NCBI GenBank assembly: GCA_900550925.1
Contig: URTU01000002.1
Coordinates: 8,772 to 72,771, forward strand
Source: an uncultured Alistipes sp.
GTDB taxonomy: Bacteria > Bacteroidota > Bacteroidia > Bacteroidales > Rikenellaceae
DNA length: 64,000 bases
Reading direction: 5' to 3'
The position numbers were made by a program, and so were the translations under genes. Of this stretch, positions 51,346 to 60,655 are shown piece by piece. Under the pieces are notes generated by a model. It did no database searches and was not told the origin of the DNA. It worked only from the letters and a program-made list of their open reading frames with translations. Each line of letters begins with the position of its first letter. Within the stretch, counting starts at the first letter, position 1.

Positions 51346-52767
51346 TCAACAATTTAACAGTGGGATTAATTCATCCATCGATGTCTCACCGCGTAAAAAC
51401 ATCTCCATACCCGCTTCACGCAGTGATGTAATTCCTCGCTCCGCAAGCATCGCGGATATATCGGTACGATTGCTGCGGGCTGCCGCACACAGGGCTTCAT
51501 CCATCGGTATCACCTCATAAATAGCCCGACGACCGGAAAAACCCGTATAGTAACAATGTTCGCAGCCGACAGCCTCAAAGTAGCGTTCGACACGGGACAA
51601 GCACAACATGCGTTTCACCTCATCGGTTGCCGCAACGGCCCGTTTGCAGTGCGGACAAAGAAGTCGCACCAGTCGCTGGGCGACCGTCATGACCAACGTA
51701 TCGGCAACCAGATATGGATGTACACCCATATCCGCAAGCCTGGCAACTGCTCCCCATGCCGTATTGGTATGAATGGTGGAGAACAACAGATGTCCTGTCA
51801 AGGCTGACCTCACGGCCATCTGCGCCGTATCTCCATCACGCACCTCTCCAAGCATTATGATATCCGGATCCTGTCGTAGGAATGTCCGCAAGGCACTGCC
51901 GAAGGTTAGACCGATCTCCTCCTTCAACTGTACCTGATTAACCCCTTCAAGAGTATATTCGACCGGATCCTCAATTGTCAATATGTTATCCGTGGAGAGA
52001 TTCAACCGACGCAGGGTGGCATAAAGAGTCGTACTCTTGCCCGATCCCGTCGGCCCGCATATCAGGACCATCCCGAATGGCCGGCGGATAGCTCGACTGT
52101 AATCCTCGAGCTGTCGCTCCGTAAAGCCCAGGTTACGCAGCTCCAACAGTTCGGACTGACGCGTCAAAAGTCGCATTACCACCTTTTCACCGTAGATCGT
52201 CGGCAGAACCGATACACGAACATCAAACCGCACCCCGTCACGATCATACCCGATACGGCCATCCTGAGGCAATCGTTTTTCCGAAATGTCGAGATTGGAC
52301 AGTATCTTGATCTGATTGATCAGAGGCACATACTGATGTTTGTCAACAACATATCGTTCGGTCAGTTTGCCATCGATCCGCAGCCTTATACGACACCGCT
52401 CTTCATAACACTCTATATGTATGTCGCTCGCATAATCACGCAGAGCCTCCCCAATCAAGGAATAGAGAAAGCCCTGTCCCATACCTATATCGGTCAGCCT
52501 GCCGGCCGTCGATACAGTTTCTCCGCCCGACCTGTAATACTGCAACAACATCCGTTGAAGGAGATCTTCCGAAACTCCCTTGATCGAAACATGCCAGCCA
52601 TACAGCACCTCCAGTTCTTCAACTGTTTCGGTGTAGTCCTTCGCTTCGCTGCCATAGAAATATATCCGATCACCGTCACGCCGGTATGGAATCAGACGAT
52701 AGGCGACGGCATCGGCAGCTGTCAGCAGTTGCAGTATCTCGGCCGGTATATGTTCCTGACGGTTCAT
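51346..52767 (-). CDS. Assembly ATPase (GspE/PilB family)
   Basis: ASDIHIE, RLPQDGR, GPTGSGKST, TIEDPVE, LRQDPD.IMLGEVRD, CPHC...CEHC; start at MNRQEH. Confidence 0.95.
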   Translation of the reverse strand: MNRQEHIPAEILQLLTAADAVAYRLIPYRRDGDRIYFYGSEAKDYTETVEELEVLYGWHVSIKGVSEDLLQRMLLQYYRSGGETVSTAGRLTDIGMGQGFLYSLIGEALRDYASDIHIECYEERCRIRLRIDGKLTERYVVDKHQYVPLINQIKILSNLDISEKRLPQDGRIGYDRDGVRFDVRVSVLPTIYGEKVVMRLLTRQSELLELRNLGFTERQLEDYSRAIRRPFGMVLICGPTGSGKSTTLYATLRRLNLSTDNILTIEDPVEYTLEGVNQVQLKEEIGLTFGSALRTFLRQDPDIIMLGEVRDGDTAQMAVRSALTGHLLFSTIHTNTAWGAVARLADMGVHPYLVADTLVMTVAQRLVRLLCPHCKRAVAATDEVKRMLCLSRVERYFEAVGCEHCYYTGFSGRRAIYEVIPMDEALCAAARSNRTDISAMLAERGITSLREAGMEMFLRGETSMDELIPLLNC

Positions 52768-53234
52768 TCGCAAAACACCCTTAACAGTGAGTATATGATG
52801 AATACGGCTCCAAGAAATGTGACAAACGGTATCGTTGAACGCCGTTTCCAGTTCAACCACCGATACCATACCAGAGAGATCAGCGAAGCAACAATAGCAA
52901 CCGATAAAAGTCGATTCGGAGCCAGCACCGGCGACATTGCCATCATATAACACCAGTCACCTGCCCCGAAGTTGTTTCCGAGAGGTCTCGCAGCGCCGTA
53001 ACGCACTTTCAAGTATAGCAGCAGAGACAACAGCAGCAAGCCTGTCAGAATAGCGCCTGCACACACGTTGTACAGCGCCTCTTGCCATGATTCGAGACAA
53101 GCGCAAACAAGAACCGAGGATACCCCGGCAGCAATCAACCACAAAATTGATACTCGTCGGCGTCGGAAATCCGAAATTACGACTGGCAATGACATTGCGG
53201 CAGGCACAAGCCGTATGATGTTCTCGCACCACAT
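52764..53234 (-). CDS. Prepilin peptidase (A24), short form
   Basis: ISDFRRRRV (Asp1), FGAGD (Asp2), IPFVTFL; multiple TMs. Confidence 0.8.
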   Translation of the reverse strand: MWCENIIRLVPAAMSLPVVISDFRRRRVSILWLIAAGVSSVLVCACLESWQEALYNVCAGAILTGLLLLSLLLYLKVRYGAARPLGNNFGAGDWCYMMAMSPVLAPNRLLSVAIVASLISLVWYRWLNWKRRSTIPFVTFLGAVFIIYSLLRVFCE

Positions 53235-53240
53235 AAGCGT

Positions 53241-53663
53241 TCAGTCCTTAACCGTTTCACGGAGATTCTTCTCTTCATCTATTTCCCAGACATTGTACAC
53301 TCCGTCTCCGTCGAAATCGACGACAGCCGTAGCCGTAGCCCTGAATCCATGTTCCGAGGCTTCAACTATTTCGATCAGATAATTCGCCGCACCGCCATCG
53401 GTAACCAGTTTCGACTGTTCGAAACCCAACTCTTCAAGCGATGACGAATAGCGGGAATAGGTATAAAAATTCGATCTCTGCAGAGTATGCAGATAGGTCA
53501 ACTGCTGCTGTGCCTCGGTAGCCTTTGCACGCGAAATCAAAGGCATCAGATTGGGCAGGGCGATCAGTACCAGGATTCCGATTATGACCAATACCACCAA
53601 TAGTTCCGACAGTGAAAAAGCGCGGAGACAGCAACGGTTCAAATTTCGTAAACAGGTTTGCAT
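53241..53663 (-). CDS. Major pilin/pseudopilin
   Basis: RA|FSLSELLVVLVIIGILVLIALP type IV prepilin motif. Confidence 0.9.
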   Translation of the reverse strand: MQTCLRNLNRCCLRAFSLSELLVVLVIIGILVLIALPNLMPLISRAKATEAQQQLTYLHTLQRSNFYTYSRYSSSLEELGFEQSKLVTDGGAANYLIEIVEASEHGFRATATAVVDFDGDGVYNVWEIDEEKNLRETVKD

Positions 53664-53685
53664 AAGGTTAGAAGTTCGTTTATAA

Positions 53686-53693
53686 CAAAGTTA
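53686..53693 (-). promoter_or_regulatory. -7 promoter element for the pilin/T2SS-like operon
   Basis: TAACTTTG 22 nt upstream of the pilin ATG. Confidence 0.55.
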
Positions 53694-54070
53694 TGTGACT
53701 CCGATGCATTAAAGTGCATAAAAAACCGAAAATCCAATCTTACACAAAGAGGGGTAATGCACTGATTATCAATCAATACCGCCACAAGACATCTTATCAC
53801 AAGCTTGCATAAACGCAAGGCTCTGCAAATCAGTTTTATATCCGACAGATGAAGCCGTTGAATATCTGTCATTCTATGGCTTAATCGAGCATCAGTCAAC
53901 CTGAATCTCAGATTACACACTTAAAATAAGTTATGATGCTGTACAGGAATACAGGATATCTGACACCACAATGAGACATATAGTCCACAAGAAGTACTCT
54001 CGGTATGTCGTCGACATCGCCATCTTCCAAAATGGTCCTGCTGCAAATCCAATTGCCGATAAAACATGAC

Positions 54071-54107
54071 AAAAAAATCGGTCGGAAGGAAAAATCCCTC
54101 CGACCGA
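54071..54107 (-). terminator. Intrinsic terminator ending the upstream RHS operon
   Basis: TCGGTCGGAGGGA-tttt-TCCTTCCGACCGA followed by T run on minus strand. Confidence 0.8.
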
Positions 54108-54131
54108 AATCTGTTTCACCGATTTATCACA

Positions 54132-54713
54132 CTACCGTTTTGGGGGTCGGCAACGCAGTTTGGGTGGATTAACAGGGTCATAATACCCTATATGGCGTGC
54201 ATAATTGGACAAGTCATGCGGACAAAACCAATATGTAGCTCCTTCATGGCCTACGCCAAACCATACAGATCCTACCCCAATGCTATCCAACCGGCCATAG
54301 CGATCCAAGACCAGCATCGTCTCCTTGCCCAACCTATAATCTGCGACAGTATCGTCCCACGTAAACAGTTTACCATCCTTCTCTATATAGCGGGCAAACA
54401 ACGGATAAAGTTTTGTCGTATCTACGAAATAATATTGGTCTGTATCTTTTTCCATAATAAAAAACTCTATCAATCCATCCTCATTAATATAATATGTCCC
54501 ATCATCGTCCATATACGGAACTACTTCAAACCAATCGCTGTTATCCCTCAATCTGCACGTGAGAAAATTATCCACTGCTATTTCGATGGCATCTTCCAAC
54601 GTGCCGGTTACAGCCTCATGACGCCGCAGAACACCACATCCGCCAAAAAAACCTCCACAAAAAAGAAAAAGCAAAAAAAACGCAAGTGCAGAGCTTTTCT
54701 TATTGATATTCAA
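54132..54713 (-). CDS. Hypothetical lipoprotein
   Basis: KKSSALAFFLLFLFCGGFFGGC signal/lipobox-like; start uncertain (TTG 54713 or ATG 54743). Confidence 0.6.
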   Translation of the reverse strand: MNINKKSSALAFFLLFLFCGGFFGGCGVLRRHEAVTGTLEDAIEIAVDNFLTCRLRDNSDWFEVVPYMDDDGTYYINEDGLIEFFIMEKDTDQYYFVDTTKLYPLFARYIEKDGKLFTWDDTVADYRLGKETMLVLDRYGRLDSIGVGSVWFGVGHEGATYWFCPHDLSNYARHIGYYDPVNPPKLRCRPPKR

Positions 54714-55206
54714 TTTCCCACATTTTGTGTCTCTTGATGTCATTTGTAATTCTATTTAAAAAATCAGATTTATATTTCCCTTGTTTCAAGCAATTTATAT
54801 CAACAGCATAATCTGCATTATGTGTTTTACGGTCAATCTCAATCATAAATCCAAACATATCTCCGTCTAATTCCATAGCACATCGCTGATAAAGCTCCTT
54901 TTCTATATCTTCAAGTGAAACCTCCGCATATTGTATTGTTTCATTGTCATTAATTATTTGTTTTCGCTCTATTTTTCCTTTCTGTAACCAGTAAATTTCA
55001 ACTCTATCTTCATCGTATGTCCAAACAACTGAAAAGTTTGCATAAGTAGAAGATAAATAAAAAGCATTTCCATTTTTTTGATAGAAATCATCTACTTGCT
55101 GTGCAGTTAAATCTTGATTTCGTTTGATAGCATATTGCATTGTTGAACAAGATACTAAAAAAGAAAAAACAAAGAATAAGACTATTATTGTATAACTCTT
55201 TCTCAT
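54700..55206 (-). CDS. AT-rich lipoprotein, candidate orphan immunity protein
   Basis: MRKSYTIIVLFFVFSFLVSC lipobox; TAATG coupling to the upstream toxin-tail ORF. Confidence 0.65.
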   Translation of the reverse strand: MRKSYTIIVLFFVFSFLVSCSTMQYAIKRNQDLTAQQVDDFYQKNGNAFYLSSTYANFSVVWTYDEDRVEIYWLQKGKIERKQIINDNETIQYAEVSLEDIEKELYQRCAMELDGDMFGFMIEIDRKTHNADYAVDINCLKQGKYKSDFLNRITNDIKRHKMWEIEYQ

Positions 55207-55508
55207 TATTTCTGCCCTCCCATTCTTAAAAAGTCTGCCCATTTAACTGTTGTCAAATCACCGTCTTGGTTGAAAAATGTTACTGTGCTGCTTCTAACAC
55301 CAGTTACAAAAGTATTCCCTTTGTAACCTCTGTTTGTCATTATTTTTGGTCCGCTATAATCAGCATCGGAAGGAGTGGAACTCCCTAATGATATACCATG
55401 TACAGGTGAAAGGCACCAGGCCGGTACAATTGTCAGGACAACTAATGCCATAACCGGCACCACCGACAATAAAGACTTAAAAATCTTCTTCAATCGTGGT
55501 TTCATCAC
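55206..55508 (-). pseudogene. Probable chimeric ORF: signal-peptide-like N-terminus fused to an orphan toxin tail (JAB-like PSxxD)
   Basis: Hydrophobic first ~32 aa, then GSSTPSDADY; AT content rises near 55400. Confidence 0.4.
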
Positions 55509-56364
55509 ATGCTTGATTTTTTAATTCATCAAAATAGCTCGTTGCTTGTCGCCGCAACTCCCCAAGATCATAGATCGGAGCCGCATGCAGATAAAACTCT
55601 TTATAGTATATCACGCTGTCAATATTGTCAGTATACCCTCCAGGATATTCATACCTCACAAACTCAGCCTTCGCTCTCCGTAACGTCAATAAAAACTGGC
55701 GGGGTTCCGGCCTGAATCTCATCACCGGAAATCCTTTGAGCGTGTCAAGATAATATGGCCCAATAGTGTCATAATAGAGCATGAAAGAGTCGTCAAGACT
55801 GTCAACGGCTTCCGCTTCATCAATACTGCTGGATTCACATACCTTGATATCGATAGGATCAGGAACAGGTTCAAAGACCAAGTCATCACCGTAAGGATTA
55901 TAATATCCATTAGTGTGTACACTTATCTCTGCCTGTAAGAAATAATCGGATGTGCTCAGAAAACTATGTGGTGGAAAATTGTACCCATCGAGGTGATATT
56001 GCAAATAACGCAGCAAATATTCTTCACGACTGAACGAACTGTCTGCCGGATTATAACAGGCCCGGAAGATCGAATCGGATACCACATAATCGTCACCACC
56101 AAGTTTAAATATCACCGGATTCGGGATAGTGATGGTATCGACGATGAAATGATCCGAAATATTTCGCGGATAAGACGTCGCCTTATTTTGTGCTCTTCGG
56201 CGATCAAGATCAATATCCCAAATACTCAATTTGTCACGCAGTTCGGCGTAGGCCTTCCCTTCGAGACATATCTCCTTAATGCAATACATCTCGAATATTA
56301 ATATCAACCCAAGAGCTATACCCAACGTGGCTTTCAAAATTTCACCTATCTTCATCTCTATCAT
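55477..56364 (-). CDS. Membrane-anchored hypothetical protein, candidate immunity to the peptidase toxin
   Basis: Overlaps the RHS stop; one N-terminal TM; acidic soluble domain; alternative start 56355. Confidence 0.6.
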   Translation of the reverse strand: MIEMKIGEILKATLGIALGLILIFEMYCIKEICLEGKAYAELRDKLSIWDIDLDRRRAQNKATSYPRNISDHFIVDTITIPNPVIFKLGGDDYVVSDSIFRACYNPADSSFSREEYLLRYLQYHLDGYNFPPHSFLSTSDYFLQAEISVHTNGYYNPYGDDLVFEPVPDPIDIKVCESSSIDEAEAVDSLDDSFMLYYDTIGPYYLDTLKGFPVMRFRPEPRQFLLTLRRAKAEFVRYEYPGGYTDNIDSVIYYKEFYLHAAPIYDLGELRRQATSYFDELKNQACDETTIEEDF

Positions 56365-59300
56365 TATTACTAAACAATCCTATTATCTTATCCAAAAATG
56401 ATCTTTTCTCCTTTTTCTCCTTTTTATATTCTATAGGCAAATTCTTCATCATGTCAGCAATATTACGAGTAGGCAACAATAAAGCTCTGTTCTCACTATT
56501 AGACGTTTCTGTCATAAAACCCTTATCTTCATTATTATGCTGCATTCCTAAAGTATGTCCTATTTCATGCAAGACAGTTCCTATATTTGCCCTATCTGCT
56601 TTTGAATTATCTACATAGATCCTATAGTGATCCTTTGCAAAACCATTTACAATTTTCCCATCTTGTTGCCATTTATAATAATCATCCCGAGTATTCGGGT
56701 TCTTCTCTAGATCTGTGACCGTATATGAATTCCCAATACTACTGTCCGATGCTATGTATTCATTACCTTCTTGAAGGCTCAATTCAAACTTAATCGTATA
56801 TTCTTCACCATTATATTCATATTTACATATCAATCTATTAAAAAAATCTATAGCGTTTTGTAACGATGCCTTAATTAATTTTTCTTCTGTTACATATATA
56901 TTATAATAATGATAATATACGGCACAAATCGTTATGGTCTTTGTTTGTTCATCTATAACAACTTTACCCCTCTGACCATCAGGATCGATATAGTTAACCG
57001 GATTCCCAAAGCAATAGGTATAGGGACTCACCGAATAATATTCCCGCAGTTTGGGGTCTTGCTGCATGAAGACCGGTATCCGAAATCCGAAGCCTCGCGC
57101 ATGGAAATCCAACAGGGCCGCTCCGAACTCCGTCTGATCCTCCTTACCCGAAAAGGTGTAACGATTGTCACTGTTCTGGATCATCGTGGAAGTACTCCAG
57201 GCTCCGCCATAAGGATAATAATTATATTCGCCTATAACTTCTCCATCCTCGATGATCACACGGGTACTCCCCAGATGGTCCGTAATATAGTAGTTCGGTA
57301 TGTATGTCTCCCCGGAGGACGTATGTGATACCCTAAACCGCCCTCCGCCAAATGCCGCACTCTCAAGAGAGACAGACTCAATATCTCCACTGTCAGGGTC
57401 CCGTTCAACATCATAGACCAGAGACCCGACATACAACTTCCCGGACCCACCGGCCGTCATTACGGCAAGCTTGGTCCCATCGGCAAGATAGGTATACTCC
57501 AACATAAGAGTATCTCCATGGCTGATTTGTTGTGGCAAATTAAGAAAATTATATGCAATATCCAAATTATCGACACCATTAGTCGTCATATTTCCGTTTG
57601 CATCATATGAATATGCCATCTCCGCCAGATAATCCGCTGAATGTAGAACAATCTCCGGCTCCGGTATACAAACCTTGTCGATTTTATTGCCATCGTAAGA
57701 TATAACATAGTTCTCCCCAACGTAATCTCCATCTCGAACCCTCTGCAGTCTTTTGATGTTACCGTTTCTGTCGTACTGCATCTGACGTTCAACATGCTGG
57801 TTAGAAGCCGTTCCGTTAATATACTGCCGCGTATCGGTCAATCGCGACAAGCCATCATAGCTGAAAGCATAAAGATTCTGGTCATCACCCGGCGCAAACT
57901 GCCACTCCCATTCGGTTATATTGCCCGAATAACTCGGCGTTGTAGTCGTCTTCGTCGGATCGTAATAATGCAAATCCATCGAGAATACAGGAATAGTGAC
58001 AGGTATAGGTGTTATGGAGCCTATTAAAGAATCGGCCAACGACCTGCCCTTTATGATACCACCACCTATATCATTAATTGATGTAACTTCCTTACTTGTT
58101 AGCCAGCCCTGAATATTATAGCTCAAACTCTCTCGAAAAGCATTTAACCCGCCATCATATTTCTTTTCTATCAATGTTCCGAGATCATCATACGTATAAT
58201 TTACCTCTGCCTGCTGCGACTGCTCATTGTCGGTCAGAAATTCAGCCGTCTCACTCAGCAGGCGTCCTCGATTGTCATATGTAAATGCCTGCAGATATGA
58301 CTGATCACAAAGCACTGTTTCACCGTCACCCGTATGGCTATAATGCTGCAGCGACGACAATATATTGCCGTTGTAATCATAGTCATACGATATGCGTAAT
58401 ATCCCCCCGAGCGAATTCTGTTCGACAAGCTGAATTACACGCCCATGCGAATCGTAATAATAAACCCGCACCGTACCAATGCTATCATCCGTTGCAGCCA
58501 GAACCTCTTCGGTTTTCAGCCCTTTAAGATGCATCATATCAACCTGCGACTGAATAACCAGGTCATTAGATTCAAACGACATGTCGGGACGATTCGAATA
58601 CCCGCCGTATCGGACGACAAGACAATCTTCTCCTGCCGCATCCGTAATTATCGCAGGATACAGCGAGGTTGAAAACAGATTGCGGAGCGACTCTGTAGAA
58701 GACGTATAACTACGTATGAACTGCCGTACCGGACGATCGAGATCATCATACAGAGTAAACAACCAGTCATTATCCTCACGCATATTACCATCCTGGACAG
58801 CCACTACACGATCACGCTGGTCGTAAACCGTATATATTACATCCCGACCCGGCAAACGCGTTTCGATCTCACGGCCACGAGAGTCATATGTATAGCTATA
58901 ACAATATTTAGAAGCTATATCCTGATCAATAGCACAATCCTCCAACAATGCTATCGCTGCACTTCCTTCCGGCGACACAACCCATCGCAACAATCCAAGA
59001 TCGTCATACACATAATACGTATCGGCATATTCCCCAGCGGAGAGCACGGCCCTTGACAATATCGTATGTCCGTAAGAGTCCGAATACGATATCACCGTAT
59101 GGCCATCCTCATCCACGGTCGTTGTTTTGAAAAGAGTTGCGGCCGGGCGGTATGCCAACGCCTCCAAAGATCCGTTAGAGGTCACCCGAAGATTTCGCAC
59201 TTCATTGGCTGCATTGAAAGCATAAGCATTAGACGAATAACGCCCGCCCAGTGAATTGTTTAGATCGGGCATATAGTTCTTAGCCTCTCTGTCCAAAGGT

Positions 59301-60643
59301 GTACCGTCGTATGCTATTTGCGAATATGGTGCAATAGAGTTGGTTGCTCCGACATTAAACTTATCACGATAGAACTGCTCCTGACTAATCCATGCCTGAG
59401 CGACATACGCACCGGCATTATCATCTACGGCAAAAGGCAAATAGTCTCGACAAGGTCTGCCTATTGCATCGTAACCCGTTTGTTTGACAATATCGGCACC
59501 AGAGGTAGCGCCCGCAACAGCTATCGTCTGCATAGGCCGCCCAAGTCCGTCATAATACAACCTGTTGACTACCGTATGTTCGGCCGCAGAATCGAGAGCT
59601 GCTATCTGATCGATATACGGGAACTCAACTTCCCGCCAATAAACTATGTTGGAATAACCTTTCTCAATATCCCCAACTTTCAATTCCCGACGATAATAGG
59701 TCGTCTCCGAAGGTATATCTACAATGATCGAATCCAGCCCCAGACATATAGTTATGTCTCCAAAAGCAAATGGCGTCACAGTTCCATGTAATCCTGGATT
59801 GACTTTCTCAAAATCCGGCTGCGGATCCTCATCAATATATTCCCAATGTTCCATATCCGTACTGGCCTGCCAGCGCATAATCAATTTATACGGATTCGGG
59901 CGACTGACACCTTTCAAAACCAACTTGTCATCACGCTTTGTCAGCGATATGGTTCCTCCGTCAAAATGGGTTTTGACGCCTACAATATTCGAGTAAGCCT
60001 TGGAACTGCCACTGGTAACCTTGCGGCGGTAATACTCCGTACATGATACGAGCGGTCTCGGCCAAAGTTCCAGGCCGGTCTGGCCTTCCACCGTCTGCCA
60101 ATTACCTATCTCCGGATCCCAACGTTCCCACGAATAGGAATATGTCCCAGTGCCGGCCAGTGCCGGCTGGACAGACTGAATCTTCTCCGGTTGTTCTCCA
60201 AGCTCATAAATGCGGTCACTGCCCTCGATCCTGCCGCCGAACAGCGAGTGCAGTCCCTCCTGAGAATATGTAAATATTATCCGGTAAGAGGTGTTATCGT
60301 TGTCCATCTTATCCTTGAACAACACTTGTACCTGCCCGAGCAATATATCCTGAGTAGTATAATTAGGCTTGAACACTATATTCAACCGACTGGATGTAAA
60401 ATATACACTATCGACCTGCCCCTGTATATCAGGCATAATCGTTATCAGTTCCAGATTTCCCAGACAGATCAGTTCCTCATCTCCGACAAGTGGAGGCTGG
60501 GTGTAAAAAACCAATGTACCATATTGCCCGCCATCTGACGGAACATTGAAGTGTGACTGCTCCAGTTGCCACTGTTTCTGCTGTGCAAAAAGCTGGAAGG
60601 TCCCCAACAATATGCAAAAACATAAAAATATATTGCGTTTCAT
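56342..60643 (-). CDS. Secreted DUF6443-like RHS protein with C-terminal metzincin peptidase
   Basis: Signal peptide; YYDGLGRPMQTI...DIVKQTGYD; DHLGSTR, YYPYG, SPYTYCFGNPVNYIDPDG; HEIGHTLGMQH plus GFM. Confidence 0.88.
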   Translation of the reverse strand: MKRNIFLCFCILLGTFQLFAQQKQWQLEQSHFNVPSDGGQYGTLVFYTQPPLVGDEELICLGNLELITIMPDIQGQVDSVYFTSSRLNIVFKPNYTTQDILLGQVQVLFKDKMDNDNTSYRIIFTYSQEGLHSLFGGRIEGSDRIYELGEQPEKIQSVQPALAGTGTYSYSWERWDPEIGNWQTVEGQTGLELWPRPLVSCTEYYRRKVTSGSSKAYSNIVGVKTHFDGGTISLTKRDDKLVLKGVSRPNPYKLIMRWQASTDMEHWEYIDEDPQPDFEKVNPGLHGTVTPFAFGDITICLGLDSIIVDIPSETTYYRRELKVGDIEKGYSNIVYWREVEFPYIDQIAALDSAAEHTVVNRLYYDGLGRPMQTIAVAGATSGADIVKQTGYDAIGRPCRDYLPFAVDDNAGAYVAQAWISQEQFYRDKFNVGATNSIAPYSQIAYDGTPLDREAKNYMPDLNNSLGGRYSSNAYAFNAANEVRNLRVTSNGSLEALAYRPAATLFKTTTVDEDGHTVISYSDSYGHTILSRAVLSAGEYADTYYVYDDLGLLRWVVSPEGSAAIALLEDCAIDQDIASKYCYSYTYDSRGREIETRLPGRDVIYTVYDQRDRVVAVQDGNMREDNDWLFTLYDDLDRPVRQFIRSYTSSTESLRNLFSTSLYPAIITDAAGEDCLVVRYGGYSNRPDMSFESNDLVIQSQVDMMHLKGLKTEEVLAATDDSIGTVRVYYYDSHGRVIQLVEQNSLGGILRISYDYDYNGNILSSLQHYSHTGDGETVLCDQSYLQAFTYDNRGRLLSETAEFLTDNEQSQQAEVNYTYDDLGTLIEKKYDGGLNAFRESLSYNIQGWLTSKEVTSINDIGGGIIKGRSLADSLIGSITPIPVTIPVFSMDLHYYDPTKTTTTPSYSGNITEWEWQFAPGDDQNLYAFSYDGLSRLTDTRQYINGTASNQHVERQMQYDRNGNIKRLQRVRDGDYVGENYVISYDGNKIDKVCIPEPEIVLHSADYLAEMAYSYDANGNMTTNGVDNLDIAYNFLNLPQQISHGDTLMLEYTYLADGTKLAVMTAGGSGKLYVGSLVYDVERDPDSGDIESVSLESAAFGGGRFRVSHTSSGETYIPNYYITDHLGSTRVIIEDGEVIGEYNYYPYGGAWSTSTMIQNSDNRYTFSGKEDQTEFGAALLDFHARGFGFRIPVFMQQDPKLREYYSVSPYTYCFGNPVNYIDPDGQRGKVVIDEQTKTITICAVYYHYYNIYVTEEKLIKASLQNAIDFFNRLICKYEYNGEEYTIKFELSLQEGNEYIASDSSIGNSYTVTDLEKNPNTRDDYYKWQQDGKIVNGFAKDHYRIYVDNSKADRANIGTVLHEIGHTLGMQHNNEDKGFMTETSNSENRALLLPTRNIADMMKNLPIEYKKEKKEKRSFLDKIIGLFSNNDRDEDR

Positions 60644-60655
60644 AACTAATCCTAT

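Noticed and set aside
43943..53663. Reading the cluster as a competence or twitching pilus
   Set aside because: No pilT, pilM, comEA/comEC or dprA in the window and it is coupled to RHS genes; disfavoured but not excluded
53931..54119. 62-aa ORF with a lipobox-like end
   Set aside because: Runs through the terminator and stops just after the Cys; at best an unsupported remnant
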